64,000 bases of DNA, taken from positions 558,001 to 622,000 of the forward strand of contig OZ287072.1 in the NCBI GenBank assembly GCA_965645245.1. Direction: 5' to 3'. The stretch comes from Massalongia carnosa (taxonomy: Eukaryota). The position numbers and the translations under genes were made by a program. A model generated the notes under the pieces. It was not told where the DNA came from and did not search any database. It was given only the letters and a program-made list of their open reading frames with translations. Numbering within the stretch: the stretch's first letter is position 1; each line of letters opens with the position of its first letter. Shown in pieces: positions 11,270-22,951 of this stretch.

Positions 11270-13785
11270 TCTCTATGAAAAATATCTTTTTTTAAAAAGT
11301 TATTTCTTGTCATCGTGACGTGATGCGCCTACCTCTCTCTACATATTTGTGCGTTGGTTTTTCTTTTCTTTTAATATTCTGAAAAAGGGTTGAAGAAGGC
11401 AGAGAAGGGGGGTTAGAATAGAAGGGAGCGAGGATCGTAACACATAGAGAGAGAGGGGGCGGAGCGGAGAGGGTTTGGTTGGAGATGGTATGTAAAGTGT
11501 GATGACGATTACGGATTTGGCGGTAGGGGAGGGAGGAAGGAAGGAAAGAGGTGGTGGGGTGATTGGAATTGGAGACAATGTCAAGAGCCGGGAGTGGTGG
11601 GGATGGGAAAGATGGGGAGATGGGGAGGTGAATAGATCGAGGGTGGGAGAGTATGGAAGCGAAGATAGAGATGAGAGACAGGAGAAAACGGAGAGGAAAT
11701 AGAGGCTCATGAGAGTTATTGTTTTCCCTCGTTCATTTTTTCGGAAGGCACTAACAGAGAATTAAAAGCCTGGGATTCTTAGTTTTCATTAGAAGGTAGT
11801 AGAGTAGGAACAAATCGCTGGGTCGAGAGGAGGACAGCACATGACGAGGATGGAGAGTTGAGACGGCAAGATGGGAAGTACCGGGTGAAAGGGCGGGTCG
11901 GGTCTGAACTGCAGAATCTGAGGATTGGATGATGGTAGCAGGTCAATAGACAAGTGGTTGCTCCAAGCATTTTCTGGAAATCCTTTCGACAGCCATTTTA
12001 TTCCAGGGGAAGGGGTTGTTTATCCCCTCTTCATCTTCCATTTCGAAACCTTTGCCGATCTCGTCTCTAATAGGTATTCTTCATATTCCCAGGATTGTCA
12101 CCACAGGCCATGCACTGTTCAATACCCAAAGCGGCCAGGAAAGATGAACAAGAAAAGAAGAATCCCTTGGACATATATGACCCGTTCGTGGCCCGACAGC
12201 GTGACCCGGCTTCAAAATGAAACGGAATAAAGTTTCGGGTGGCAGCTCGGAACACCCTTCCATGTTCTCGATGCCAGCCAGCAATTCCCACACGCAGAAA
12301 ATATCTTCTTGCACCCCAGCGGTAATACAAACGCCGTTCCGTGGTTTTCGCTCTTCTCCAACCTCTTTAATGTCAGTAGACTAATTTGGAAGTCTCAAAG
12401 CTCTCGGAAGCAAAATATTAGTATTTATAATTCAATTCCGAATTTTTCATCAGCTCAGATCGAATCTCAAACAATTGGGAAATGGTTCAATGGAAGGACC
12501 GTTTGGATACACGGTAGAAATCTGGTTCGTTAACCGAATTTTAACCGCAGCTCGATTGTTTTGATGCTCGATTGTTTTGATACTCGCTGGCTTTTCATCT
12601 GACGGTGTGAGGAAAGGCTAAAAACAATTTTTGTTGTATTGAATGAACGTCTTCGTGGTTTGCCAAGTAAAGGACGATGAGAGCCTGCGAATGTGGAAAT
12701 GCCAGAATATCAAAACGATGTAAGATTAAAATATCGAAACCAAAGACAGTAGAAAGATTCTGAAAGTAAAAAGACATTGAGTTGGTCTATGACCATAATG
12801 CTGAGCCTACGCGGGTAGGAGTTCGGAGGTCGGAGACATGGAAAGGTATGGAGTATCACCCGAATTGTATAAAGCTGCTATAGTTTGCTTCCTTGTAATC
12901 TTATTCTCCGCAGAGAGCAACAGATCAAATAACCCTCCCTTCGTTTTTTTCATTCTCTCACTCAGGATCCGTCACAAAGCCAGACAACTTCTTCCTCATT
13001 CACCACGTCATCATGTAACTCATATTCCTTGCATATGTTGCGATTTTGCCCTCCTGCACCCTGGTTTCATCGCAATTATTGGCCTTCGGGTCAGACGGAT
13101 TACAACAGCCTATCAGCCATCGAGAATGATAGCGGATTTCCGAAAGCCGCCTCAGAAGGACTCAATGACCTAGGTCTCCTTGCTATTATCCTGTCGACCC
13201 CCGAGAATGATGGCGTTTTTGACGTAACCGCCTCGAAAGGATCCGAGGCGCAATGTCATCGTCCCATTAACCCATCGCGGAAGCATTAGATGCCTCTGTT
13301 CTTGTGGCTTCTGATTCATCACCAGCGAGGCCCCATGAGATTAGCAGGGGCAACTATGGTGTTCCCTATTACAACGTGAAGACGAACGTGGATTGGTTCT
13401 TTCCCTCCGTCGTCTTTGCTGCCCGTGGGACTTGCCTCTGACTTGTTGACAAAATGCTATTACGCCGTTAGGAATGCTATCAAGGGTTTATAATGTAAAC
13501 AATATGGTCCACCGAACGATGAAAAAGGGTTATAGGAGAGTTACGTGTGGGTTGATTTAAGACTCAATGCGTGCGTGGAAACCCATGATAACAACCACGT
13601 TTGCAAATGCGGTAAATCTTGACGGAGCAAGCGGTGGAGGTAGGATCCAACATGATGGTTTGAAGCTGGAGGTCCAATGTGTAATTAAAGAAACGATGAA
13701 GACTTAGATGGCAGATCTGAAGAAGAAACGGACAGATTGAGAAGCACAGTCGGTATCAATCATTACAATAGAATTTCCGTACCAC

Positions 13786-15294
13786 CGGAGGATGACACAG
13801 GAAGTTCTGGCTAGCGTATTTTAGCTTGCATTAGCTTCCGCCACTAGACAAGGGGGTGGTAAAATTTTTAAAAAAAGGTTCTCCGGGCATCAAGAGATAA
13901 AATGCTTTAATATTTGTAATTTATAGTTGATTTTAGTTGGTATTTTGTAGCTATCATCATCATGACTCGTCCTCAAGATAACACACTGACTCTCGCTCAA
14001 AGACTTCAGGCCTTGACACTCGTAGAGCATGGAGTATTAGCCAAAAGAGTAGAGGAAATCACTGAAGTCTCGACGAGATCTATCAGTCATATCAAGAAGA
14101 AAGCAAGAAGCAGAGGATATGATCCCGAGATCTCACGAGTCTTGAAGATGGAATATGTAGAAGATGCACCTCGTTCAGGCCAACCTTCTAAAGTAACACC
14201 TGCATTGGAGGAGGCTATATTGACTGATGTACGCAAAGATCGAAACGGAAGGGAGAAGTCTTCAGCTATGCTGGCTTTTGATCATGTGCTGAGTTCTTCC
14301 ACTATTTTGAAGATTCTTAAAAAGAATGGATTTCGAGCCTGTAAATCAACGAAAAAGCCTGGCCTTACTTCGATCATGAAGGAGGCACGTCTGAAATTTT
14401 GCATTGATCATCAGCATTGGACTCTTGAAGACTGGAAGAACGTCATCTGGAGTGATGAGACGAGCGTGATGCTGAATGCAGTTAGAGGAAAAAGACTGCA
14501 ATGGAGAACCTCGAAAGAAATGAATGATAAAACATGCATTCGTCGTCGATGGAAAGGACACTCAGAGTTCATGTTTTGGGGGTGTTTCTCGGACGATAAA
14601 AAAGGTCCTTTTCATATCTGGAAGACTGAGTCTGCAAAAGAAAAGAAGACAGCTGAGGAAGAGCTGAAGCTTATCAATAAGAGGTTGGAATCAGAGGCGA
14701 AGCTCAATTGGGAGTTAGAAAATGGAATGAGACGAATGAGACTAAGAAATTCAGGAGGACGACAGCCTCGATGGATATGGGATCAAAAACATGGAAAGAT
14801 CGTGCGAGATAATAAAAAGGGAGAAATTGACTGGTATCGCTATCAAAAGAATATTTTGATAGACAAACTTCTTCTATTCGCTACCGAATGCATGAAAGAT
14901 CGTCCAAATATGGTGGTTCAAGAAGATAAGGCCCCCTGTCATACCTCCAAACATCAGGATGTGGTGTTTGTGGACTTTCGAGTGCTTCGCTTTTTGTGGC
15001 CTAGTAACTCACCTGATCTCAACATGATTGAACCGGAACGAGTACAAAGAAGGAAGAATAGGAGGAATGGTACGACCTTACGATGCTGAGGAGCGGCGCA
15101 GTCGATATCTGCGTTTAAAGAGAGGTCCTACTGAAGATGAGGAGGAGTGGGCCAATGTAGAATGATGAGGAGGTGGATAAGAAGGTAAAAAAGGAGTAAA
15201 TAAAGGAGTTTATCTTCGTAGGGCTGAGCCCCTTGTAGGTGGCTTATTTAGCGTGCATATTAGCGTTGGCCAGAACTTCCTGTGTCATCCTCCG
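13786..15294 (+). mobile_element. Tc1/mariner DNA transposon (DD34E), internally deleted
   Basis: Perfect 26-bp TIRs CGGAGGATGACACAGGAAGTTCTGGC at 13786-13811 and 15269-15294. TA follows the right end; the left TA is absent. Confidence 0.93.
13962..15164 (+). pseudogene. Tc1-family transposase with a deletion and frameshift right after the catalytic E
   Basis: HTH/PRSGQP, WKNVIWSDET, MFWGCF, QEDKAPCH...SPDLNMIE (34 residues between D and E). The likely true C-terminus NEYKEGR...WANVE* is in another frame after ~15036. Confidence 0.88.
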
Positions 15295-15529
15295 TACTCT
15301 AGAGCGTACCCAACGTTACTTATAACTTTAGGTAGCTAGAGATTGAACCGCACAACCTTCCATTCCAGACCACTCTACATATAATACCGAGTACCGAGTA
15401 CCGTTTATCGAACCGAAATTGAGGTTTCATACGATCATCGTGATCATCGATGTGCTCCAAATTCACGATTCCATGGTCCAAGCTATCTTACCCAAGCGCG
15501 CCTCGGAGCCGCCCCCCCTACCCAATAGA

Positions 15530-15538
15530 TTACGTCAT
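15530..15538 (-). promoter_or_regulatory. CRE/M26-type site ATGACGTAA upstream of atf1
   Basis: Exact ATF/CREB-type motif; a second TGACGT core lies at 15824-15829. Confidence 0.45.
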
Positions 15539-16636
15539 GATCACGTCTGGGCTCTTCGCAACAATTGCACCGAAGAGTCTCGACCACATTTGCTTTGAAA
15601 TACCGAGTCCCCATTCGGATTCTCGCCCGGGTCTCTTCTTTGATCATACTCTGACTCTGCCATTCATTTATACTTTACGGACCGATATACAGCGTATCGA
15701 ATCCAGAGAGAGTGTAAAGTACATCAAAAGGGATCATGGACGAGTGTACTGTGTACTTGGTGTGTCTGGTGAGGTTGGGGTATCCGTTCCCTGACCGTCT
15801 GATGACAGATGATTGCGATGATCTGACGTGGCAGAAGAAAGCTACCTGTTCGGGGATTGTGCGCCACGAGTATGCCCGCTGATTGGCTGGTAACGTGTCC
15901 CGTGACGCTTTCTCTTTGTTATGCAAACATGACGATGTGCGATGGGGAAAAGTACTCGGTAGTCTGGAAGTATTTATACGAAGTATTTATACGAAGTAAA
16001 CATTTTCCAACCACTCTATCGCACTTGGGAATAACATCAAACGAGTTCGAGCAAGACGAATCTACTTTGTGCACGTTGCCCTGCCTTCAGCACATACTCC
16101 GGAAAACCATGAAGTGAAAGGTCATCTTTCCTTCCCTACAGGCTTCTCTGTTCCCCCTCGCTCCTAAAATGCCAATCTTACCGACTTACATCATCGCTGC
16201 ACAACCGATTAGGTAAGGTGTGATATCCTCTGGACAGGAAAGCGGCCGTTCATTTGTTCATTTGTTCATTTGCCCATCTTCGTTCAGTGATTCGTTCGTT
16301 CTAATGATGCCCTTCCCCCCACTGGGTCCATCCCCCGTCATTCCGTGTAGTCGCATCCTTTGTAAACTGTTCTCAGTCCTGACGCACATCCTCCCGCTCA
16401 CTAACACTCCCTGCGGGCTGAACGACGACAGATCAATGTAAGTCTTGCGTACTTCACGCTTGCTAGAGTCTCAACCCTACCTGCCCCAGTCTCACCAAAC
16501 CTTACATTGTGCCTTCCGTGCCCCCGAAGACTATCGCTGGATAAAAAGTAAAAATTATAATCAAACCAAAAAAAAAAAATAAGACGGTACCGTGCCCATC
16601 ATCCATCGTCCCTGATTTCGTCATCGGAAAAAAACC

Positions 16637-18632
16637 ATGTCAGCGGCCGTCGCGCACAGGAGTTCTCCACGCATGCCACATTCAGCCTCGCGAACGCTCT
16701 CTCCCATGGATAAGAAAAGAACCATAGTGAAGCCGGAAGGTCGGTATCATCTCTGTGATACTTCGCTCGTACATTCGAGCCTTCCCCCTTCGCTTCCCGG
16801 CCTCTTGTCCAGATCATGCCTCCTCGTTGTCCTGCAATCGGCCGAGGCTAATCAACCTTGACGTTGACATCATCGTTCGCTCCGTGACTGAGATCAGAAA
16901 GTCACTAACACATGGCTATCGTAGATCCATCCAAGAAAGACCTCACTTTGCAATCAAGCAGACTAACCGAAAGGAATTCACCACCGCGCGTGGGTAAGAT
17001 TATCGCTCAGCAGCACGCTGTAGCAAATCCATCCTCGTTCATGGTACTGACGCGTTCGTAGATCCCGCTGCTGCGGTCAAAGAACCGCCGGATCAAATTG
17101 AAAGTAAAGGCACACAGAGCGCATCCAATGCAGATGCAACTCAACCCCTCGCGCCGCCACCACGACCAGCTGCGAATCCACAAGGCGCATCCGAATCCGA
17201 CTACTTCTCAGGTGCCCACGGCAACAGTCACTTTTCTCTGGAACCCAATCCGTTTGAACAATCATTTGGCAATCCATCGTCGGAAACTCCCGGAAGCAAG
17301 TCCTTGTTGCCACCGGTGGCATCGCTCACATCCCCGTCTGCACCGTTGCTAGGTGGACCCGCATCGGCGAGCGGATACAACTGGTCGAACTCTTTACGAT
17401 CGGGACCGTTGAGTCCCGCGATGCTGGGCGGACCGGTGGGACCGGCGGATTATTTTGACCCATCGATACGGGGGAGTTTTCCCACGCCAAACGAATCGTC
17501 GTTGCGAACCGGACTGACGCCTGGTGGAGGCGGGTCGATGTTTCCCGCCCCCAGCCCGAATTCGCAAGCATTATACCAGCAACTGGCGAGCGGCGGCGCT
17601 ACTCCCGGGACTTTGGATTTCCACCGAACCGCGATGAATGCCGCGGCAGCTCGAAAAGACAATCAAAAAGCTGCAAGCAGCGCAACTTCCCAGCCGCAGG
17701 AACCGCGAGCGCCCGTCGCATCCATGGAGAACGCCAACCAGCAGCAAGCACAGCAATCAGCCTTTGGCCCACATGACAATGATGCGGCCAACGGGTTATA
17801 CCTCCTTGCGCAAGCTGGAAACGGCACGCAGTCCAACAATCAGTTCGCTGTTCCTAACGCGCCGAATGGGAATGCGGCAAATAACGAGCAAGGAAGACCA
17901 CAGGACACATCACCCAATATGATCAAAAGAGTGGGTACCAACGGGTCGATTGGTGGGAGTTTGTCGGGCTCCGCGCGTGCGGTCAGCGAGGTTAGCGAGG
18001 TTTCGGATAGCGGGGACCAAGGCAGACCCGCCACCAGAGCCAGAGGTAAACGGAGCAAGGCGACAGGACAGAGCAACGGTAGACGAAAAGCGGATGAACC
18101 ACTTGCGAAGCCACACACAGCAAAGAAGGCGAAGATCATGGAAAGCAACATAAATATGGATTTGGGTATGGATGGGATGGACTCGGATGAAGAAAATAAC
18201 ATCAAGGAAGAACAGTATCATGAGAACGGCAAGAAAATGACGGATGAAGAGAAGCGGAAAAACTTTCTGGAAAGAAATAGGTTTGTCGAGCGTGAACCCC
18301 GATGGATTCATCCCATGCTGATTGCGAGTAGGGTGGCCGCATTGAAGTGCAGGCAACGCAAGAAGCAATGGCTTGCGAATCTGCAGGCCAAAGTGGAAAT
18401 CTTTAGCAGCGAAAACGACAGCCTCTCCGCTCAAGTGGCTCAACTTCGAGAAGAGATTGTCGCCATGAAACAAGTGCTATTGCAACACAAGGACTGTTCG
18501 GTCACACAAAGTCAAGGTCAAGGGCTTGGTCCTGGTCCCTATTTCCCGCAGCCGGAGTTCAGCACCCACACCAACCCTTACGGAATCATGGGGCAGAACG
18601 GTCAGCCGGTCATGGCCGGTCAGAGAAGGTAG
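16637..18632 (+). CDS. atf1: bZIP stress transcription factor Atf1/AtfA
   Basis: Introns 16740-16924, 16994-17061 and 18281-18331. LEPNPFEQSF (OSA region), LRSGPLSPAML, LRTGLTPGGGGSMFP, and EEKRKNFLERNRVAALKCRQRKKQWL. A further tiny 3' exon is possible. Confidence 0.95.
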
Positions 18633-19174
18633 TCGTGGGTGTCAAGGTCGTGGTCAGGTCGAAGGCTCTTTGTGGGAAACTCAAACAGGTAATCAAAACT
18701 TAACATATATGAACGGGACAACGCCTGCAATGTATTACGACCTACGCGCGGTTGATACGTCGAGCACTTTTTAGCGTCTGCGAAACAAGGCCCTTTTCGA
18801 TTTCTCCGGACGGAGAGCAAAGACTTGGAAGATTCTTCCAAAGCATTTGGGCGCATGGCGTTGGGGGTTATACATCATGGTTTTGCGCTGGCGACCTGAG
18901 GGTTCTCGTCAGGATTCTGATCACATGGGGCCCTGCGCGTTCCTTGCACATATTGTCGAAGCGGCTCTCCTTCTACTTTCTACTTTCTTCTTTCTTCTAT
19001 TTGGTCCTCTCCGCTGCGAAGGAAACCAATTTTGTACAGGCCTTGATATAAAAGGAGGGACTCTTCTGGGCGGTATCTAGGTGGAGCTCGATTTATGGGC
19101 CAGCTATGGCGACAAATATATGCTGAAGTAGAGAAGAAATAAACTATGGTTTCTTCCTCGTGCATTCGGTGGGC

Positions 19175-19698
19175 TCATGCTGGGACTAGCCGTGGGCTAT
19201 CCATCTCGAGTTCCTTGCCCTTTTCGAGGAGTATCCTTTCTTCCACAGCCTTCTCGTACTCGGCCAGCTTCACTCCACCTGCCGACCACAATAATATCGC
19301 CTGTACCCGGATGCCCACCTTGTCGTCTTGCTTCGCCTTCCGACAACCCTTCCCCTCCTTCATCTCCGTCGATCGTGCCTCCACATACCCGATGACGTTC
19401 ACCCATTCCCCTATCTGTGTGTCCGTGGGCTTCAGCGTTGACAGCAGCAGGTTCACGTCGACCAGCGCCGTGGGGCCCACATGCGGTGGAGGCGGATACG
19501 CATGTTGAAGGGCCAAAACGCCTGTTCGAGTGGTGTATTTGGTGGCACTAACGCATCGTCAGCGAATGGAAGCTCTGCAGCAGTAAGGACAAGGCCATCC
19601 GCTAACCAGCCTAAGAAGCGCACTTTGGCGCCGGGGCGGAGGGAGGGAAGGTCATTGAGGAAGATGAGGGTTGTGGGGACGGGACCGCTGTTGCTCAT
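19175..19698 (-). CDS. TEN1: CST complex subunit Ten1 (telomere capping, OB fold)
   Basis: GPVPTTLIFL..GAKVRFLGC, VDVNLLL, IGEWVNVIGYV and VQAILLWSAG. Intron 19548-19606. Confidence 0.9.
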
Positions 19699-20155
19699 GG
19701 TTGTGAGGTTGGGAGTGAGAGGTGCATTTTTCGCTGCTGGAAAGGTGCGCTTAGAGGTTTGTGTTATGAACGCATGCTGTTGCGGTGAAGCAAAGACTGT
19801 CTGGGCCCTTTTGATAGGAAAACAATCACGTGACCTTTGTTCTTTTTAGCGTTCATATGTGGACAATCCTCAGTGGTCTTAGATTTCAAGGTTACAATAG
19901 ATTTCTTGACGCATGGTATCCGGTTCTTCGTCTCTTGAACACATATCATATTGATCAGTCGCTACTCTCGCGACATCGTTGCTTGCCCTCTGGGTGAGTT
20001 TTGAACCATTTCGCATCGGACCCGTATACTACCAGGACTACTCGCCACGAGCATACCTTGCAACCAGCACCACGAACGAAATCTATGAGACATCGGTAAC
20101 AGGAACCTGGAATACAGCTCATCGTCGGCTAGGGAAACACCATACCACTGGCGAG

Positions 20156-21281
20156 ATGTGGCTAACCTCCTGGATTGGCGGAAGTGGAGGGCAAAGGAGG
20201 AGGGATGCACCAAAGAAGGCTATCCTCGACCTGCGGCAGCAACTGGACATGTTACAGAAGAGGGAGAGGCATTTGGAAAATCAAATGGCCAAGCAGGATG
20301 AGATAGCAAGGGAGAGTATTTCAACGAACAAAGCCGGTGGGTTCTTCTTGTGAATCGAGTCTCCGGTTAGCAGGACAAGGGACAGTTGTGGTGGTATTAG
20401 GCTCCCGACGGGGTCTTGGGGGATGTACTTGTATGCTGTTGATGTGTGCTGACCTAAAAAACACAGTGGCTCGCAACGCTCTCAAACGCAAGAAGCAACA
20501 CGAGCACTCGCTCGAGCAAACCAACGGTCAAATCTCCATGCTCGAGCAGCAGATCTACTCCATCGAATCCGCAAACATCAACCAAGAAACTCTCGTCGCG
20601 ATGAAGAATGCAGGTGCCGCTATGAAGCAAATCCACGGGAAAATGACCATGGAGGACGTTGACGTTACGATGTGCGTCAGCTATTTCGTTCCCCCCTTCC
20701 ATCCTTCCTTTTAAGTTACATTTGCTATTCTCCTGCGGCCCTCCTTCTACACCATAGCCTTTCTTAGAACTAACGCGCCCCTCGTTCAAAACAGGGAACA
20801 ACTCCGCGAACAACACGAGCTCACGCAAGAAATCGGCAACGCCATCACCTCGATGCCCATCACCGAACCCATCGACGAAGACGAGCTAAATGCCGATCTC
20901 GACAAGCTAGAACAAGAAGCTTTGGATGAGAAGATGCTGAATACAGGAACTGTCCCGGTGGCCGCTTCGCTGAACAGTTTGCCGGCAGGGCCAAACGGAG
21001 CAAGTGAGTCATTCAGTTTTTTACCCCTATACCTTGCCAGTACTCTCTTGTACTTTGACTCTGCTACCTTAGCCCGCACTTGTCGCGCTTGTCTCAGACT
21101 GGTCTACTCCCACCTCTCGCAATGAACCCCCCTGCGCTGCGCTGTTTTACTCCATATAGGAAATCATCGCTAACATTTCCCTCTCTCTGAACAACCAGTC
21201 AAACGCAAATCAAAAGCCATCGTCGAGGAAGACGACGAGGAGGCCGAACTCCGGAAACTGCAGGCCGAAATGGCCATGTGA
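20156..21281 (+). CDS. SNF7: ESCRT-III subunit Snf7/Vps32
   Basis: PKKAILDLRQQLDMLQKRE, ALKRKK..EQQIYSIESANINQET, IDEDEL and DDEEAELRKLQAEMAM*. Three introns (~20337-20467, ~20672-20794, ~21004-21198). Confidence 0.96.
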
Positions 21282-21817
21282 TGTTGTCATCTTTTGTGTT
21301 TCCTTCTGTCAACATCTTTGCTGTACGCGGTTTGCTTGCTTTGCTGCGGTGCGGGGTTTAGGGGGGCTGTTTTCGCTCCGTTCGGGGGGGCGATGTGAGG
21401 GAAGAAGGCAGTAGAATTTTGACGGGAGAGAGGGAGCGGGACTGTGATGGTGAATGCATGCATGCATGGATGTAGGTTGCCGAGCATTGTTCCGTTTTTT
21501 TTCTTCTCCCTATCTTGTTTTACCAAGACCCGAAAAAATCAAAGAGCGAAACTGAGATGCCTACCTATCTACCTATCTACCTATCAATTCAAGGCTCATT
21601 CTTCGTCCCTTCTCTCCTTCATCCTACCAATCATTGGACCACTCAACCACCCAAGGCGAATACTATCCATCCCCCATTCTCCGCCCCGTGAATCAAAAAA
21701 ATCGCCCACATACACGCACTTCTATGCATAACAAGTCCGTATCCCCTCCCCCCCTATGTTACATATATACGCGGTAGGGAAACCCAGGAACAGACCATGC
21801 AAACCATTTCTTTCCCT

Positions 21818-22102
21818 CTACTTCTTCTTCTTCTTCTTCTTCTTAATGTTGGTTTAGTTTCGGTCTTGATTAAATTTCATCCCGATAGTTCCATCCATCG
21901 TCTTCTTCCCTTTTTTTTTTTCCGGTTCATTTTTCTTCCCTATAATACCTTTTTCTTAGAAGAATAGACGTAGAGAAAGAAAAAAAAAAAAAAAAAAAAA
22001 AGAAACGGTAGGTTAGGCTCTAAGAGAGAGAGAGAGAGAGCGAGGATTATCCAGAAAAGAAAAAAAAAAGAAAAAGGGGAGGGTTATTTTTTTTTAAAAA
22101 AA
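21818..22102. repeat. Cluster of simple repeats: (CTT)n, poly-T, poly-A, (GA)n
   Basis: Directly visible between the convergent SNF7 and forkhead 3' ends. Confidence 0.9.
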
Positions 22103-22561
22103 ATTCAAACCCTAATGAACCCCGGACGAGACAAAACGACTTACACCTACATTTCCACATGCATACCTACAATACACAAAAAACAAAACAAAAAACAAAA
22201 CAAAACAAAACACACAAGGCCTCGCAAAGAGAACAGAAGAGAACAGCGACCTCGAGAAGGCAGAACTGGGAGGTTGGGTCGAACGGATAAATCAATCAAT
22301 CAACCAACTAAACAAGCCGGGGGGGGGGGGAAAAGAGAAGAATCTAACGTGTGTTGTCCTCAAAGACCTTAAAGACCAAAGACTAAACCCACCACTTCCC
22401 TCTTCCTCCCCAGTTGAGCACCACGCGTAAAGTAAATTAAGAGCAAAAACGGGCAAAAGTCCGTGTCAACCTTCCCACTTTTTCCCCTCCCCTTCCCTCC
22501 CCAACACCACCACTATCACTACTGGTAGCGACAAGATACTTGTAATAGTAGTGATAGAAAT

Positions 22562-22658
22562 GAAGAAGAAGGAGAAGAAGAAGAAGAAGAAGAAGAAGAA
22601 GAAGAAGAAGAAGAAGAAGAAGAAGAAGAAGAAGAAGAAGATGATGATGATGATAATG

Positions 22659-22690
<32 letters not shown>
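22562..22690. repeat. Compound microsatellite (GAA)~25-(GAT)5-(AAT)~10
   Basis: Directly visible. Confidence 0.97.
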
Positions 22691-22692
<2 letters not shown>

Positions 22693-22951
22693 TAGGTAAG
22701 TAGCCCATAACCCAACCAATGCCTTCGCATCCTACCTACCCTACCTACTTCTATCCTTTATGGTTTTTTTGGTCCATTCCCGTTCCGTGTATTATTTATC
22801 CATAAAAGCCACCTTCCCCCGCCTTGAACACCAACGTTCCTAAAGTAACGCACAATGCCTTTTCCGTTAGAAACTTTTTGGGGTGCGGGGGGGAGAAAGA
22901 GAGCGAGAAAAATAACCATGAAAACGCCCAAAAACAGACCCAGGAGATTAG

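Noticed and set aside
11339..13780. Short ORFs, a purine-rich tract and a 16-bp direct repeat (~12551-12586) between the LINE and the Tc1 element
   Set aside because: Possibly decayed gene or transposon debris, but I could not recognise any motif, TIR pair or consistent exon chain.
22437..22730. Poly-Leu/Phe/Ile/Ser ORFs
   Set aside because: These are translations of the compound microsatellite.
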